DNA of 64,000 bases from Macrostomum lignano (taxonomy: Eukaryota): the NCBI GenBank assembly GCA_002269645.1, contig NIVC01000630.1:248001-312000 (forward strand). The letters run 5' to 3'. The position numbers and the translations under genes were made by a program. This document shows positions 12,103 to 27,305 of the stretch, one piece after another (the stretch's first letter is position 1; every line of letters starts with the position of its first letter). Under the pieces are notes generated by a model. It saw nothing but the letters and a program-made list of their open reading frames with translations, was not told the origin of the DNA and did no database searches.

Positions 12103-13292
12103 TTATATCTTGCTATCCGCAATCCAAGCATCGATTCCGGTCACGACAGACAGAAAGATGCCGAGTGGCAAGTGAGAAAGAGGAGGAATCGAGAGAGGGG
12201 AAGGAAGCAACTGACGTTCCTCTGTATCTCCTCTAGTAGTGTCACTACCAATGGCCTCAGGAAAGAGCAGCAAGTGAGCAGCGAGTGAGCCAAACCAAAC
12301 AAACCATTGGATTTTTCCTTTGATTTCCGCTGCTCAAGCTGAAGCAAAAAAAATTATAAGAGAAAGTAGAAATCGAAAAAACCTCAACTGTACTCGTACA
12401 GTGCCTTTCGGTCAAACATATGCACCACATCGGCTCGCTGAAGCCCTCGGGCCGTTCGAAAGTAATGAAATTTCGCCCCAAATTGGATGTCCCACAATGC
12501 AGAAGATCGCCTCTTGTCAGGTTGAAGTTTGCACGCTGTGTTTCTGTAATATAGATTTTCTGTTGTCTTTTTCTCTATATGTGCGCTTCTGCATCCGTGA
12601 TCAGTTGACTGACGGATGCTGGGCAGCTAATGATGCGAACCGCGATTATCAAATTATGTAGCAATGCTCGAGAAAGCAGACAGAGAGGAGAGGCTTGCAA
12701 AAAAGCACTTTTTAGAGATTAGACAATTTGCTTAGCCAGATGTTTTGGTCGAATATTGATTTTTGAGTAGGTTTGACGTCCGTTAGGGTTTTATCTACAC
12801 AGAGATTACCTGACGCTTTTGAAACTGTGGGTCAATCAGACTAATAAATAGCACCGTGACGGAACGCGCAAACTAATCATTAAATAGCTGGAGTTGAATG
12901 AGAATTTGGCATTTTGCCATGAGTCAGTGCGTGTGAGAGCCCACTTCCAGTCCGTCGTTTATGGTGCAAAAAATGAATTTCTACGCCATAGTCATAAGCT
13001 CGTAGATACTAAGGAGGTGAATTTACAGAGAAACCGAGTGAAGCCGTTAGAGGATTTGAAACTAGGCAGGCAGCAATATGTATGGAATTTTTTGCGAAGT
13101 TCAAACTTAAGACTTATCTGAACTTATAGCTTGCACTCTACTGCCACCAAGATATGCGACCTATTGGGTGCACATCAAGCAATTTTTTCTGCTTTTGAAA
13201 CTGACTACGGATTGTAACGAATCTCTGTCAGCTGTTAATGACAACTGACAGCTTGCCGCTGCTCCGCTATCAGTTGGGTTAGGGTTAGGGTA

Positions 13293-14243
<951 letters not shown>

Positions 14244-14782
14244 GGTCAACACAGTCAGTTGTAGGCATATACTCGATGAACTTTTCTAGTTAGGCGGTAA
14301 AACATGCGGCAAGTGTTTCCCCATGAATGCATTTATTGGGCGGGTGCTGCCCAAGGTGAACCCGAAGGTGCGACTGAATAGAAGGCCCTGGCTACAAATA
14401 ATTAATTATTACTAGCGGCTGGAGATGCCGCCAAACCTGCAATATTGGCGGCCCCCGCAGCTGCCCGACTAATAATTATTATTACCCTTTTCGGTTTCCT
14501 AGTCGGCTAGTTGCTATGCAATCTTGGAACAGCTCCTAGAGGCATCTGCTTCGGGCAGAGCTGGGGATCTCAGCTGGCTGCTGGCAGTTCTGTGCGCAGG
14601 GGATGAAGCGAATTAGCGGCTGCAGTGTCGCTGCAGTGTTCAATTACGCAAGCCTTGGGGTTGGCGTGAGACACGCGGGCCTTGAGCCTGCTTAAATGGC
14701 AATCTTAGCTATGTTGCTCGAAGCATCTTGCCCAGTTTATATTTAAGTTTAGCAAAGTTTATCGAAGATTTTTGGGGGATTT

Positions 14783-15388
14783 TTATCTGATATTTGGCGA
14801 TTCTTATCTGATATTTGGCGATTCTTATCTGATATTTGGCGATTCTCATTTGATATTTGGCGATTCTTATCTGATTATTGGCGATTCTTATCTGATATTT
14901 GGCGATTCTTATCTGATATTTGGCGATTCTTATCTGATATTTGGCGATTCTTATCTGATATTTGGCGATTCTTATCTGATATTTGGCGATTCTTATCTGA
15001 TATTTGGCGATTCTCATTTGATATTTGGCGATTCTTATCTGATATTTGGCGATTCTTATCTGATATTTGGCGATTCTCATTTGATATTTGGCGATTCTTA
15101 TCTGATTATTGGCGATTCTTATCTGATATTTGGCGATTCTCATTTGATATTTGGCGATTCTTATCTGATATTTGGCGATTCTTATCTGATATTTGGCGAT
15201 TCTCATTTGACATTTGGCGATTCTTATCTGATTATTGGCGATTCTTATCTGATATTTGGCGATTCTTATCTGATATTTGGCGATTCTTATCTGATATTTG
15301 GCGATCTTATCTAATATTTGGCGATTCTTATCTGATATTTGGCGATCTTATCTAATATTTGGCGATTCTTATCTAATATTTGGCGATA
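14783..15388. repeat. 21-bp minisatellite (TATTTGGCGATTCTTATCTGA)n
   Basis: ~29 units. Confidence 0.97.
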
Positions 15389-16354
15389 TTTTGTTGCTTT
15401 TTAGAGCTACAGATGAATTTTTGGCGCCATTTTTTTCTCGTCATTTGTTTAAAAATTCCAAGCAGCACTCGCTTTGACATTCCTTCACCACTAAGCTTCA
15501 TGTATTACAAGGTGTCATAAAGTCATAAAACTTCTCTATTCAAACTAAAATCTGGATTTTTACTCATCGCACAATTTTACATCTCTCGGATGTGTGTTTA
15601 ATCCTATATCTTACGGAAAGGCCCATAAATTTTAACGGCATTTTTGATGGGAATGCTAAAAGTAATTTCTGGTGACGAATGAACCCTCGATGACTCATCG
15701 CTGGGCCCAACCTGGCGTGTGAAGCTTTGTTTATTTAAACTAATATAATATTTCCAAGAAACTTCAAATTTAATTCGCCGCCGAAATTCTTATGCTACAA
15801 TAACAAAAAGCTCGATCAGTTTAAAATTTCATAATAAACGCAAAGCTTACCCGCTCATTGTTGGATGAAATTTTTGTGTTCCTGCCTTGCAGCATTATCT
15901 GTGCAAAATATCGCTTCATTGGTTTCAACAAGGTGTTCTTTTCCCCCTGGGATCAATTGATTGCCTTTAGAAGACAGCAATAATTTCTTCCATACCTTTG
16001 GTTAGCTTGAAATGATATCACTCCAGTCGCGGGGGCAAAAGAAGAGCTTTGCAATAATATTTCTTCATATTTAGCTTCAGCTATATGCCAGATCCCAACT
16101 TGGGATAACATCTCTGATTTCTAGGAAAGCCTGTTGCTTCACACCAAATGAACCTGCAATCAATTCCGGAATCAGCAGTTCCTGAGTCAGCAATTCCGGG
16201 GCTCGAGCTTTGTTTTGACCTCTGACCCTGCGCATCCATGCAGCCGCGGTTTGACCTTCAGATATCGTGAGATTGATTATCTAGCCAGCACTCTCTCACT
16301 GCATTTTGCTTGACCTTGGCTTTTGCGATAGCGCTCTATCTCAACTTCTCAACT

Positions 16355-17505
16355 TACTGTCATCTCAAAATCTCATGTCATCTCAAAATCTCATGTCATT
16401 TCAACCTCATGTAATCTCAACCTCATGTGATCTCAATTTCATGTGATCTCAATCTCATGTCATCTCAAAATCTCATGTCATCTCAACCTCATGTCATCGC
16501 AACCTCATGTCATCTCAATCTCATGTCATCTCAATCTCATGTCATCGCAACCTCATGTCATCTCAATCTCATGTCATCTCAACCTCATGTCATCGCAACC
16601 TCATGTCATCTCAATCTCATGTCGTGTCAATCTCATATCATCTCAATCTCATGTCATCTCAATCTCATGTCATCTCAATCTCATGTCATCTCAAAATCTC
16701 ATGTCATCTCAACCTCATGTCATCGCAACCTCATGTCATCTCAATCTCATGTCATCTCAACCTCATTTCTTCTCAATCTCATGTCATCTCAATCTCATGT
16801 CATCTCAATCTCATTTCTTCTCAATCTCATGTCATCTCAATCTCATATCATCTCAATCTCATGTCATCTCAATCTCATATCATCTCAATCTCATGTCATC
16901 TCAATCTCATGTCATCTCAATCTCATGTCATCTCAATCTCATGTCATCTCAATCTAATTTCTTCTCAATCTCATTTCATCTCAATCTCATGTCATCTCAA
17001 TCTCATTTCTTCTCAATCTCATGTCATCTCAATCTCATATCATCTCAATCTCATGTCATCTCAATCTCATGTCATCTCAATCTCATGTCATCTCAATCTC
17101 ATGTTATCTCAATCTAATTTCTTCTCAATCTCATTTCATCTCAATCTCATGTCATCTCAATCTCATTTCTTCTCAATCTCATGTCATCTCAATCTAATTT
17201 CTTCTCAATCTCATTTCATCTCAATCTCATGTCATCTCAATCTCATTTCTTCTCAATCTCATGTCATCTCAATCTCATGTCTTCTGAATCTCATGTTATC
17301 TCAATCTAATTTCTTCTCAATCTCATTTCATCTCATGTCATCTCAACCTCATGTCATCTCAATCTCATGTCATCTCAATCTCATGTCATCTCAATCTCAT
17401 GTCATCTCAATCTCATGTCATCTCAATCTCATGTCATCTCAATATCATTTCATCTCAATCTCATGTTATCGCAATCTCATGTCATCTCAGTCTCATGTCA
17501 TCTCT
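16355..17505. repeat. 16-bp minisatellite (ATCTCATGTCATCTCA)n
   Basis: ~70 units with variant blocks. Confidence 0.96.
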
Positions 17506-18109
17506 GAGGCAGTACATAAAGTCTACCTAAAGCCAGTCATTTGCATTTGACCTACAGAGCCGCCTCTTTGCTTACAGTGGCAACTACCAACTTCCTCAAA
17601 CCTGATTATCAATCTATATTATTATAGAGCCTATAAAACGCTAGGAGAAGACACACAAATTTGCATTCCATTTTTTCATGTGTAGCATGCAAGTCCATCG
17701 GCCTTAGAACCGATTTGCACTTTGTATCAAAACCCTCGCTACCTCTGCTGCTGTTGCCCCTCCCGCTGCAGTGTCTGCTAGCATCTTCCGCTTGTCTTCT
17801 TTCCTCATACTTTGGCCTGTTCGAATAATTCTCTTTTATGATCTTACCGAACCCTTTCCTCGCTATCTCTCCACCGTCGCTTGGCCTTTCTCCTTAGAAT
17901 TTTTTATCCTCTTAAAAAACAATTTTCTAAGGCTAATAGTGCAGTCTAGGGATATGGATAGCACCCACCCCCCCCCCCGATCTTACTGCACAGCACTATC
18001 AAGTGAAACTTTGGTTTTTGGTTTGAAGTTTCAGATTGTTTGGAATGAAAACGTTTTGTTAATTTATAAGCGGCTGCTTTACGAATAGTTTGTATTCTTT
18101 TTGGATATT

Positions 18110-21100
18110 GTGACGGAGGCAAAGGGAGAGACACAGGGGTAGAGGCACAGAGATAGAGGCACAGGGATAGAGACACAGAGATAGAGGCACAGGGATAGAG
18201 GCATAGGGATAAAGGCACAGGGATAGAGACACAGAGATAGAGACACAAAGATAGAGGCACAGGGATAGAGACACAGAGATAGAGACACAGAGATAGAGAC
18301 ACAGAGATAGAGGCACAGAGATAGAGGCACAGAGATAGAGACACAGAGATAGAGACACAGAGATAGAGGCACAGGGATAGAGGCATAGGGATAAAGGCAC
18401 ACGGATAGAGACACAGAGATAAAGACACAAAGATGGAGGCACAGGGATAGAGACACAGAGATAGAGACACAGGGATAGAGACACAGAGATAGAGACACAG
18501 GGATAGAGACACAGGGATAGAGACACAAAGATAGAGGCACAGGGATAGAGACACAGAGATAGAGGCATAGGGATAAAGGCACAGGGATAGAGACACAGAG
18601 ATAGAGACACAAAGATAGAGGCACAGGGATAGAGACACAGGGATAAAGACACAGAGATAGAGACACAGGGATAGAGACACAGAGATAGAGACACAGAGAT
18701 AGAGGCACAGGGATAGAGACACAGGGATAAAGACACAGAGATAGAGACACGGGGATAGAGACACAAAGATAGAGGCACAGGGATAGAGACACAGAGATAG
18801 AGACACAGAGATAGAGACACAGAGATAGAGGCACAGAGATAGAGGCACAGAGATAGAGGCACAGGGATAGAGACACAGAGATAGAGGCACAGGGATAGAG
18901 GCATAGGGATAAAGGCACAGGGATAGAGACACAGAGATAGAGACACAAAGATAGAGGCACAGGGATAGAGACACAGAGATAGAGACACAGGGATAGAGAC
19001 ACAGAGATAGAGACACAGGGATAGAGACACAGGGATAGAGACACAGAGATAGAGACACAGAGATAGAGACACAGAGATAGAGACACAGAGATAGAGACAC
19101 AGAGATAGAGACACAGAGATAGAGACACAAAGATAGAGGCACAGGGATAGAGACACAGGGATAAAGACACAGAGATAGAGACACAGGGATAGAGACACAA
19201 AGATAGAGACACAGAGATAGAGGCACAGGGATAGAGACACAGGGATAAAGACACAGAGATAGAGACACAGGGATAGAGACACAAAGATAGAGGCACAGGG
19301 ATAGAGGCACAGAGATAGAGGCACAGGGATAGAGACACAGAGATAGAGGCACAGGGATAGAGACACAGAGATAGAGGCACAGGGATAGAGACACAGGGAT
19401 AGAGGCATAGGGATAAAGGCACAGGGATAGAGACACAGAGATAGAGACACAAAGATAGAGGCACAGGGATAGAGACACAGAGATAGAGACACAGGGATAG
19501 AGACACAGAGATAGAGACACAGGGATAGAGACACAGGGATAGAGACACAAAGATAGAGGAACAGGGATAGAGACACAGAGATAGAGGCATAGGGATAAAG
19601 GCACAGGGATAGAGACACAGAGATAGAGACACAAAGATAGAGGCACAGAGATAGAGACACAGAGATAGAGACACAGGGATAGAGACACAGGGATAGAGAC
19701 ACAAAGATAGAGGCACAGGGATAGAGACACAGAGATAGAGACACAGGGATAGAGGCACAGGGATAGAGACACAGAGATAGAGACACAGAGATAGAGACAC
19801 AGAGATAGAGACACAGAGATAGAGACACAGAGATAGAGACACAGAGATAGAGACACAGAGATAGAGACACAGAGATAGAGACACAAAGATAGAGGCACAA
19901 AGATAGAGGCACAGGGATAGAGACACAGAGATAGAGACATAGGGATAGAGACACAGAGATAGAGACACAGAGATAGAGACACAGAGATAGAGACACAGAG
20001 ATAGAGACACAGAGATAGAGACACAGAGATAGAGACACAGAGATAGAGGCACAGGGATAGAGGCACAGAGATAGAGACACAGAGATAGAGACACAGAGAT
20101 AGAGACACAGAGATAGAGACACAGAGATAGAGACACAAAGATAGAGGCACAGGGATAGAGACACAGAGATAGAGGCATAGGGATAAAGGCACAGAGATAG
20201 AGACACAGGGATAGAGACACAAAGATAGAGGAACAGGGATAGAGACACAGAGATAGAGGCATAGGGATAAAGGCACAGGGATAGAGACACAGAGATAGAG
20301 ACACAAAGATAGAGGCACAGAGATAGAGACACAGAGATAGAGACACAGGGATAGAGACACAGGGATAGAGACACAGGGATAGAGACACAAAGATAGAGAC
20401 ACAGAGATAGAGGCACAGGGATAGAGACACAGGGATAAAGACACAGAGATAGAGACACGGGGATAGAGACACAAAGATAGAGGCACAGGGATAGAGGCAC
20501 AGAGATAGAGGCACAGGGATAGAGACACAGAGATAGAGGCACAGGGATAGAGACACAGAGATAGAGGCACAGGGATAGAGACACAGGGATAGAGGCATAG
20601 GGATAAAGGCACAGGGATAGAGACACAGAGATAGAGACACAAAGATAGAGGCACAGGGATAGAGACACAGAGATAGAGACACAGGGATAGAGACACAGAG
20701 ATAGAGACACAGGGATAGAGACACAGGGATAGAGACACAAAGATAGAGGAACAGGGATAGAGACACAGAGATAGAGGCATAGGGATAAAGGCACAGGGAT
20801 AGAGACACAGAGATAGAGACACAAAGATAGAGGCACAGAGATAGAGACACAGAGATAGAGACACAGGGATAGAGACACAGGGATAGAGACACAAAGATAG
20901 AGGCACAGGGATAGAGACACAGAGATAGAGACACAGGGATAGAGGCACAGGGATAGAGACACAGAGATAGAGACACAGAGATAGAGACACAGAGATAGAG
21001 ACACAGAGATAGAGACACAGAGATAGAGACACAGAGATAGAGACACAGAGATAGAGACACAGAGATAGAGACACAAAGATAGAGGCACAAAGATAGAGGC

Positions 21101-22310
21101 ACAGGGATAGAGACACAGAGATAGAGACATAGGGATAGAGACACAGAGATAGAGACACAGAGATAGAGACACAGAGATAGAGACACAGAGATAGAGACAC
21201 AGAGATAGAGACACAGAGATAGAGACACAGAGATAGAGGCACAGGGATAGAGGCACAGAGATAGAGACACAGAGATAGAGACACAGAGATAGAGACACAG
21301 AGATAGAGACACAGAGATAGAGACACAAAGATAGAGGCACAGGGATAGAGACACAGAGATAGAGGCATAGGGATAAAGGCACAGAGATAGAGACACAGGG
21401 ATAGAGACACAAAGATAGAGGAACAGGGATAGAGACACAGAGATAGAGGCATAGGGATAAAGGCACAGGGATAGAGACACAGAGATAGAGACACAAAGAT
21501 AGAGGCACAGAGATAGAGACACAGAGATAGAGACACAGGGATAGAGACACAGGGATAGAGACACAAAGATAGAGGCACAGGGATAGAGACACAGAGATAG
21601 AGACACAGGGATAGAGGCACAGGGATAGAGACACAGAGATAGAGACACAGAGATAGAGACACAGAGATAGAGACACAGAGATAGAGACACAGAGATAGAG
21701 ACACAGAGATAGAGACACAGAGATAGAGACACAGAGATAGAGACACAAAGATAGAGGCACAAAGATAGAGGCACAGGGATAGAGACACAGAGAGAGAGAC
21801 ATAGGGATAGAGACACAGAGATAGAGACACAGAGATAGAGACACAGAGATAGAGACACAGAGATAGAGACACAGAGATAGAGACACAGAGATAGAGACAC
21901 AGAGATAGAGGCACAGGGATAGAGGCACAGAGATAGAGACACAGAGATAGAGACACAGAGATAGAGACACAGAGATAGAGACACAGAGATAGAGACACAA
22001 AGATAGAGGCACAGGGATAGAGACACAGAGATAGAGGCATAGGGATAAAGGCACAGAGATAGAGACACAGAGATAGAGACACAGAGATAGAGACACAGAG
22101 ATAGAGGCACAGGGATAGAGACACAGAGATAGAGACACAGAGATAGAGACACAGAGATAGAGACACAGAGATAGAGACACAGAGATAGAGACACAGAGAT
22201 AGAGGCACAGGGATAGAGACACAGAGATAGAGACACAGAGATAGAGACACAGAGATAGAGACACAGAGATAGAGACACAGAGATAGAGACACAGAGATAG
22301 AGGCGCAGAG
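18110..22310. repeat. 14-bp satellite (ACAGAGATAGAGAC)n, 4.2 kb, with higher-order structure
   Basis: ~300 units. The diagnostic GAGGAACAG variant recurs at 19558, 20230, 20748 and 21420 (spacings 672, 518, 672; block of 1190 = 85x14). Confidence 0.98.
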
Positions 22311-22971
22311 AGGAGCAACGCAGTCAGTCAGAACAGATAAAAGACAGCGAAATACAATCGCGATTTTCCAAGAAGTTAATTTAGGGTATTATCCTTAATT
22401 CTCCACCTCCTTCACAGCCGTTGGAAAATAGATGATGCATTTATCTGCGGTTCCCTGGGTAAGAAACTGAGGAACCGTACGCGCAGGGTGCGCTCGGATG
22501 GCACCGAGGGCAGTTCGGACAAAAAAGAGGCAGTTGGCAGCTGGCGCAATCCACTCACTGGCGAGGGCGGGATCGTGGTGAATAAGCTGACGACCTGGAT
22601 GAAGTGGAACTTCTTCTGCTGTAGCCATGGATAAAGGTGGATAGGGAATCTTAGGGTAGCTATAGAATAGAGAATGGAGGTGCAGGAAAAAGGCTTATAC
22701 AACAGGGATTAGTAAGTTTCATTAATGGGGCCAGAGAGAGAATCGAATACTTACTATGCAGATGCAATGGTCACTGCGCTGTGTATGACTATAGGCGCGT
22801 TCAGATTGGCACTTTGACACTTTGGGTTCGGGTGACTTTATCTAGATTATTGGGTCACTGACTGACGTCCCGGCAGATATTTTTTAACTGACCGTAACTG
22901 CTGCTGCTGCTGCGATGACCTCAGCAATTCCACTTCAAATGCTTTTTCGGTTCGTTTTTTACAAAATTTTG

Positions 22972-23700
22972 CAGAATCTTCCAGAACCTTTCAGAATCTT
23001 TCAGAATTTTTCAGAATCTTCTAGAACCTTTCAGAATCTTTCAGAATCTTCCAGAATCTTTCAGAATCTTTCAGAATCTTTCAGAATCTTTCAGAATCTT
23101 TCAGAATCTTTCAGAATCTTTCAGAATCTTTCAGAATCTTTCAGAATCTTCCAGAACCTTTCAGAATCTTTCAGAATCTTTCAGAATCTTTCAGAACCTT
23201 CCAGAATCTTTCAGAATCTTTCAGAATCTTTCAGAATCTTTCAGAACCTTTCAGAATCTTTCAGAATCTTTCAGAATCTTTCAGAATCTTTCAGAATCTT
23301 TCAGAATCTTTCAGAATCTTTCAGAACCTTTCAGAATCTTTCAGAATCTTTCAGAATCTTTCAGAATCTTTCAGAATCTTTCAGAATCTTTCAGAATCTT
23401 TCAGAATCTTTCAGAATCTTTCAGAATCTTTCAGAATCTTTCAGAATCTTTCAGAATCTTTCAGAACCTTTCAGAATCTTTCAGAATCTTTCAGAATCTT
23501 TTAGAATCTTTCAGAATCTTTCAGAATCTTTCAGAATCTTTCAGAATCTTTCAGAATCTTTCAGAATCTTTCAGAACCTTTCAGAATCTTTCAGAATCTT
23601 TCAGAATCTTTCAGAATCTTTCAGAATCTTTCAGAATCTTTCAGAATCTTTCAGAATCTTTCAGAATCTTTCAGAATCTTTCAGAATCTTTCAGAATCTA
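22972..23700. repeat. 10-bp minisatellite (TCAGAATCTT)n
   Basis: ~72 units. Confidence 0.98.
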
Positions 23701-24334
23701 CTCTTATCTGTACTGCATAACAATTTTGTCATGGTTTTAAACTCTGCGTAGCTACAGACCTACAGACACAAACACTTAAGTCTATATCTATATGGTAATC
23801 TGTCAATTTTGCTTCCCTAACCCTACCTACCTACCTACATTGTATAGAGAGACATCAGTATTCAACTAAAAGTCATTTTTTTCTGTTCTACAGAAGGAAT
23901 TCCAACTTATAGCTTGCATTCAGATACACAAGATTTCTTTTGCACAGATGCATTACTATTGGGCCAGGGGTGACAGGAGCGGCAAAACGCGTGTGTGTGT
24001 GGGGGGAAGGCGGATCGCTACAAAGCTTACAGTGAAATCAATGTGAGGGATAGCATTAGCTGCTACAGCTGATCGCTTTGGCTGTTGTGGTCACGGATGG
24101 TCGTTCATCATGCGTCTTGCAGCCAAGCGCTTAGGGCTGCGGACCCCCATATGCCTGCCAACGCAGCAGACTTCTTGTCCATCCCGGATGGGCTGCCACC
24201 GCAGTGCATTTGACACCGATCTATAGCTGATAATAACTTTTGTGTTTTTTTGCGCTGTGCCGCGTTTGCCTAGCGATTTACAGTTGCTGGGCAGTGACTG
24301 GCTTTGATTGATATAAGCTTGACTGCTATCTACC

Positions 24335-24750
24335 CGTGTCTCATCTCATCCCACCGAGTCTTATCTCATCCAGATCGTGTCTCATCTCATCCCACCGAGT
24401 CTTATCTTATCCAGATCGTGTCTCATCTCATCTCACCGAGTCTTATCTCATCCAGATCGGTGTCTCATCTCATCCCACCGAGTCTTATCTCATCCAGATC
24501 GTGTCTCATCTCATCCCACTGAGTCTTATCTCATCCAGATCGGTGTCTCATCTCATCTCACCGAGTCTTATCTCATCCAGATCGTGTCTCATCTTATCCT
24601 ACCGAGTCTTATCTCATCCAGATCGTGTCCCATCCCATCCTGATCGTGTCTCATCTCAACCCGATCGAATCTCATCTCATCCCGATCGTGTCTCATCTCA
24701 TCCCAATGGTGTCTCATCTCATCCCTATCGAACTCATCTCATCCCAATGG
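24335..24750. repeat. 41-43-bp minisatellite (gtgtctcatctcatcccaccgagtcttatctcatccagatc)n
   Basis: ~7 units plus a decayed right edge. Confidence 0.92.
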
Positions 24751-25299
24751 TGACCGAGAGATCACTAAATCTTTCAAAATAACAATAGAAATAAAATAGT
24801 AAATCAATGATAACAGTAAAAACATACGAAAAACTTAGCTTGTAGTTAGGACTATATCATTAATAATTTTAATTTATCTTATTTTACTGTCAAAACTTTT
24901 CTAAACCCATCTTTCATAAATTTCATAAATATGAATTTTCGGTCTTGGGCAGTTTAGTGCTTCGACATTGTGAAGTTTCGGCCGTATGAAGCCTACCCAA
25001 GCCGTAGCGTGTGCGAAATGAAAACAAAAAATTGCACAAAAATATCAGCTATAGAATTTGACGTGAAGCTTATCCTGCGAATAATTTAGAACAAGTGTAT
25101 CGTGCGTCGGTTTTGCTATGCAAAAAATTATTGAAATGAATTTATAATAGGCCTTCTACTGACAGACTGGTCTTTGGGAACATCTCGATATGGCGACAGT
25201 TGTTGGCATAATTTGTCAATGTTTTTGCCCGTCTTATTAAGTACAATTATTTGGGCATGCGTGTTAGTTATATTTTGGCATGGATATGTGAATGGCATG

Positions 25300-26660
25300 T
25301 GAGTAGGGAGTGAGTCGGGAGTAAGTACGGAGTGAGTTGGGAGTGAGTACGGAGTGAGTCGGGAGTGAGTACGGAGTGAGTCGGGAGTGAGTCGGGAGTG
25401 AGTACGGAGTGAGTCGGGAGTGAGTAGGGAGTGAGTCGGGAGTGAGTAGGGAATGAGCAGTCAATGAGTACGGAGTGAGTCGGGAGTGAGTACGGAGTGA
25501 GTCGGGAGTGAGTACGGAGTGAGTCGGGAGTGAGTACGGAGTGAGTCGGGAGTGAGTACGGAGTGAGTCGGGAGTGAGTACGGAGTGAGTTGGGAGTGAG
25601 TAGAGTGAGTTGGGAGTGAGTAGGGAGTGAGTCGGGAGTGAGTACGGAGTGAGTCGGGAGTGAGTACGGAGTGAGTAGGCAGTGAGTACGGAGTGAGTCG
25701 GGAGTGAGTCGGAAGTCAGTCGGGAGTGAGTCGGGAGTGAGTAGGGAATGAGCAGTCAATGAGTAGGGAGTGAGTTGGGAGTGAGTAGGAAGTGAGTCGG
25801 GAGTGAGTAGGGAGTGAGTAGTAGGGAGTGAGTAGGGAGTGAGTAGGCAGTGAGTAGGGAATGAGCAGGCAGTGAGTCGGGAGTGAGTTGGGAGTGAGTA
25901 GGGAATGAGCAGTCAATGAGTACGGAGTGAGTCGGGAGTGAGTACGGAGTGAGTCGGGAGTGAGTACGGAGTGAGTCGGGAGTGAGTACGGAGTGAGTCG
26001 GGAGTGAGTACGGAGTGAGTCGGGAGTGAGTACGGAGTGAGTTGGGAGTGAGTAGAGTGAGTTGGGAGTGAGTAGGGAGTGAGTCGGGAGTGAGTACGGA
26101 GTGAGTCGGGAGTGAGTACGGAGTGAGTAGGCAGTGAGTACGGAGTGAGTCGGGAGTGAGTCGGAAGTCAGTCGGGAGTGAGTCGGGAGTGAGTAGGGAA
26201 TGAGCAGTCAATGAGTAGGGAGTGAGTTGGGAGTGAGTAGGAAGTGAGTCGGGAGTGAGTAGGGAGTGAGTAGTAGGGAGTGAGTAGGGAGTGAGTAGGC
26301 AGTGAGTAGGGAATGAGCAGGCAGTGAGTCGGGAGTGAGTTGGGAGTGAGTAGGAAGTGAGTCGGGAGTGAGTAGGGAGTGAGTAGTAGGGAGTGAGTAG
26401 GGAGTGAGTAGGCAGTGAGTAGGGAATGAGCAGGCAGTGAGTCGGGAGTGAGTTGGGAGTGAGTAGGAAGTGAGTCGGGAGTGAGTAGGGAGTGAGTAGT
26501 AGGGAGTGAGTAGGGAGTGAGTAGGCAGTGAGTAGGGAATGAGCAGGCAGTGAGTAGGGAATGAGCAGGCAGTGAGTCGGGAGTGAGTCGGGAGTGAGTA
26601 GGGAATGAGTAGGGAGTGAGTATAGAATGAGTAAAGATTGAGTAGGAAGTGAGTAGGGAA
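25300..26660. repeat. 11-bp minisatellite (GAGTGAGTCGG/TAGG/TACG)n with a 452-bp higher-order duplication
   Basis: The tcaat variant occurs at 25461, 25756, 25913 and 26208 (two pairs, each 452 apart). Confidence 0.96.
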
Positions 26661-27014
26661 TGATAAGATAGTGACTATAGGGAGCGAGAGGTGACGGGAG
26701 AGGGAAAGTGAGGGGGTGAGAGAGATGGAGAGCAAAGAGAAAGGAAGGTAGACGAAGAGAAGTCAGGCGGAGAAGGAGATGAAGGCAGAGGGTGGAGAGG
26801 AGAAAGGGCTTAAAAAAGGAGAAAGTCAGATGCAACCATTTTGATAGAAACAAGATCGACTCACCGATGAATTTTGGCGTGCGAACACCCGCTTTGCGAT
26901 GCATTTGGCTGCCGGCTGAGTAAGGTTGCTAATCCAATATACTAAAAATGAGTTGTTTGCAGCGTCAAAGGCTTGAGAATATGCTCTGAATCTCATTCTA
27001 GGTTAATGCTCGGA

Positions 27015-27305
27015 ATCTCACAGAGTCTCACCTAGTACTCTCAGAATCTCACCCACTATTCTCAGAATCTCACCCACTATTCTCAGAATCTCACTCAGTA
27101 TTCTCAAAATCTCACCCACTATTCTCAGGATCTTACCCAGTGTTCTCAGAATCTCACTAAGTATTCTCAGAATCTCACTCAGTATTCTCAGAATCTTACC
27201 CAGTATTCTCAGAATCTCATCCAGAATTCTCAAAGTCTCACTCACTATTCTCAGAATCTCAAATATGCTTCGCTGAATCTCGCCAAGTATTCTCTGAGTC
27301 TCACC
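27015..27305. repeat. 21-bp minisatellite (CAGAATCTCACCCACTATTCT)n
   Basis: ~13 diverged units. Confidence 0.9.

Larger units (their letters stand above)
22395..26915 (-). other. Candidate small exons of an unidentified gene (26915-26865 and 22618-22559)
   Basis: Both have AG acceptors and GTGAGT donors, and both lengths are multiples of 3 (51 and 60 nt). The second reads QKKFHFIQVVSLFTTIPPSP with nearly all C/G-ending codons. No homology recognised. Confidence 0.3.

Noticed and set aside
12320-12400. AQAEAKKIIRESRNRKN resembling the V-ATPase subunit G N-terminus
   Set aside because: The similarity is short and is not followed by the conserved RLKQAKEEA segment; no compatible exon chain was found.
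17946-22318. Three ~1400-aa ORFs (SLCLYLCVSISV...)
   Set aside because: They are translations of the 14-bp satellite, whose pyrimidine-rich strand cannot form stop codons. All three frames are open, which is not a coding signature.
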